Below, in pieces: positions 61,801-64,000 of a stretch of 64,000 bases of DNA; positions within the stretch are counted from its first letter, which is position 1; the number at the start of each line of letters is the position of its first letter. A program made the translations under genes and the position numbers. Where the stretch lies: the NCBI GenBank assembly GCA_964016885.1, contig OZ024741.1:51522001-51586000 (forward strand), in the 5' to 3' direction. Below the pieces are notes generated by a model. It saw only the letters and a program-made list of their open reading frames with translations. It was not told the origin of the DNA and made no database searches. The stretch comes from Eledone cirrhosa (Eukaryota).

Positions 61801-64000
61801 TTGGTGGCTGATAGGAACACTGTACAATATTAGGGTAGTGTGATATGTGTGTGTTGTGTCTGTTGTTGGTGACTGATAGGAACACAGTACAATATTAGGG
61901 TAGTGTGATATCTGTGTGTTGTGTCTGTTGTTGGTGACTGATAGGAACACTGTACAATATTAGGGTAGTGTGATATGTGTGTGTTGTGTCTGTTGTTGGT
62001 GACTGATAGGAACACTGTACAATATTAGGGTAGTGTGATATGTGTGTGTTGTGTCTGTTGTTGGTGACTGATAGGAACACAGTACAATATTAGGGTAGTG
62101 TGATATCTGTGTGTTGTGTCTGTTGTTGGTGACTGATAGGAACACTGTACAATATTAGGGTATTGTGATATCTGTGTGTTGTGTCTGTTGTTGGTGGCTG
62201 ATAGGAACACTGTACAATATTAGGGTATTGTGATATCTGTGTGTTGTGTCTGTTGTTGGTGACTGATAGGAACACTGTACAATATTAGGGTATTGTGATA
62301 ACTGTGTGTTGTGTCTGTTGTTGGTGGTTGATAGGAACACTGTACAATATTCGGGTATTGTGATATCTGTGTTGTGTCTGTTGTTGGTGACTGATAGGAA
62401 CACTGTACAATATTAGGGTATTGTGATATGTGTGTGTGTTGTGTCTGTTGTTGGTGGCTGATAGGAACACCGTACAATATTAGGGTATTGTGATATGTGT
62501 GTGTTGTGTCTGTTGTTGGTGGCTGATAGGAACACTGTACAATATTAGGGTATTGTGATATTTGTGTGTTGTGTCTGTTGTTGGTGGCTGATAGGAACAC
62601 TCTACAATATTAGGGTATTGTGATATCTGTGTGTTATGTCTGTTGTTGGTGACTGATAGGAACACTGTACAATATTAGGGTATTGTGATATCTGTGTGTT
62701 GTGTCTGTTGTTGGTGGCTGATAGGAACACAGTACAATATTAGGGTATTGTGATATGTGTGTGTTGTGTCTGTTGTTGGTGGCTGATAGGAACACTGTAC
62801 AATATTAGGGTAGTGTGATATGTGTGTGTTGTGTCTGTTGTTGGTGGCTGATAGGAACACTGTACAATATTAGGGTATTGTGATATGTGTGTGTTGTGTC
62901 TGTTGTTGGTGGCTGATAGGAACACCGTACAATATTAGGGTATTGTGATATGTGTGTGTTGTGTCTGTTGTTGGTGGCTGATAGGAACACTATACAATAT
63001 TAGGGTATTGTGATATCTGTGTGTTGTCTGTTGTTGGTGGCTGATAGGAACACTGTACAATATTAGGGTATTGTGATATCTGTGTGTTGTGTCTGTTGTT
63101 GGTGACTGATAGGAACACTGTACAATATTAGGGTATTGTGATATCTGTGTGTTGTGTCTGTTGTTGGTGGCTGATAGGAACACTGTACAATATTAGGGTA
63201 GTGTGATATGTGTGTGTTGTGTCTGTTGTTGGTGGCTGATAGGAACACTGTACAATATTAGGGTATTGTGATATCTGTGTTGTGTCTGTTGTTGGTGACT
63301 GATAGGAACACTGTACAATATTAGGGTATTGTGATATCTGTGTTGTGTCTGTTGTTGGTGACTGATAGGAACACTGTACAATATTAGGGTATTGTGATAT
63401 CTGTGTGTTGTGTCTGTTGTTGGTGGCTGATAGGAACACTGTACAATAATAGGGTATTGTGATATCTGTGTGTTGTGTCTGTTGTTGGTGACTGATAGGA
63501 ACACTCTACAATATCAGGGTAGTGTGATATCTGTGTGTTATGTCTGTTGTTGGTGGCTGATAGGAACACTGTACAATATTAGGGTATTGTGATATGTGTG
63601 TGTTGTGTCTGTTGTTGGTGGCTGATAGGAACACTGTACAATATTAGGGTATTGTGATATCTGTGTGTTGTCTGTTGTTGGTGACTGATAGGAACACTCT
63701 ACAATATCAGGGTAGTGTGATATGTGTGTGTTGTGTCTGTTGTTGGTGGCTGATAGGAACACTGTACAATATTAGGGTATTGTGATATGTGTGTGTTGTG
63801 TCTGTTGTTGGTGGCTGATAGGAACACTGTACAATATTAGGGTAGTGTGATATCTGTGTGTTGTGTCTGTTGTTGGTGGCTGATAGGAACACTGTACAAT
63901 ATTAGGGTATTGTGATATGTGTGTGTTGTGTCTGTTGTTGGTGGCTGATAGGAACACTGTACAATATTAGGGTAGTGTGATATGTGCGTGTTGTGTCTGT
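58856..64000. repeat. 65-bp satellite array (more than 5 kb, runs off the window)
   Basis: Unit AATATTAGGGTATTGTGATATCTGTGTGTTGTGTCTGTTGTTGGTGGCTGATAGGAACACTGTAC. The 61-aa minus-strand ORFs recur every 65 bp. Confidence 0.97.
58987..59291 (+). mobile_element. 5'-truncated Tx1/L1-type LINE 3' end inserted in the satellite
   Basis: TSD CAATATT at 58980-58986 and 59292-59298. ORF end FTERWVNEAKMARVIGPSLFISL*, and the 3' end carries AATAAAGAAA. Confidence 0.65.

Noticed and set aside
51428-64000. Regular arrays resembling CRISPR repeats, or repeat-protein genes from the many 61-113 aa ORFs
   Set aside because: There are no unique spacers and no cas genes, and the context is a eukaryotic intron. 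Unit lengths of 58 and 65 are not multiples of 3, so the ORFs are artefacts.
59298-64000. True telomere
   Set aside because: TTAGGG occurs singly per 65-bp unit, not as tandem hexamers.

Overview
Eukaryotic, repeat-rich genomic DNA. It is most consistent with an octopod cephalopod, inferred from the RTE LINEs, the CORE/OR-type and Meta-like SINEs and the (TA)n/(CA)n load. The whole window lies inside one + strand gene, a USP40 ubiquitin-specific protease orthologue. I traced 18 internal exons (18636-58277), all with GT-AG sites and consistent phases; the start, the catalytic Cys and His residues and the stop lie outside the window. The introns hold: the 5' end of a Helitron with an open RepHel N-terminus that the ORF track missed; two RTE LINEs with intact EN-RT ORFs carrying a PHD finger inside the RT; many truncated RTE copies; two SINE families; MITEs; a Penelope GIY-YIG remnant; a Tx1-like 3' fragment; and three minisatellite/satellite arrays. 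Three observations stand out. (1) A dispersed set of hammerhead-ribozyme motifs and half-hammerhead fold-backs, including a retrozyme-like 614-bp unit with a complete type I hammerhead. (2) A near-perfect inverted copy of a USP40 exon plus its donor site 10 kb downstream, which could form an exonic dsRNA (ADAR editing or an in-frame circRNA). (3) A roughly 4-kb inverted LINE pair bracketing an exon. All alignments and folds were done by eye.
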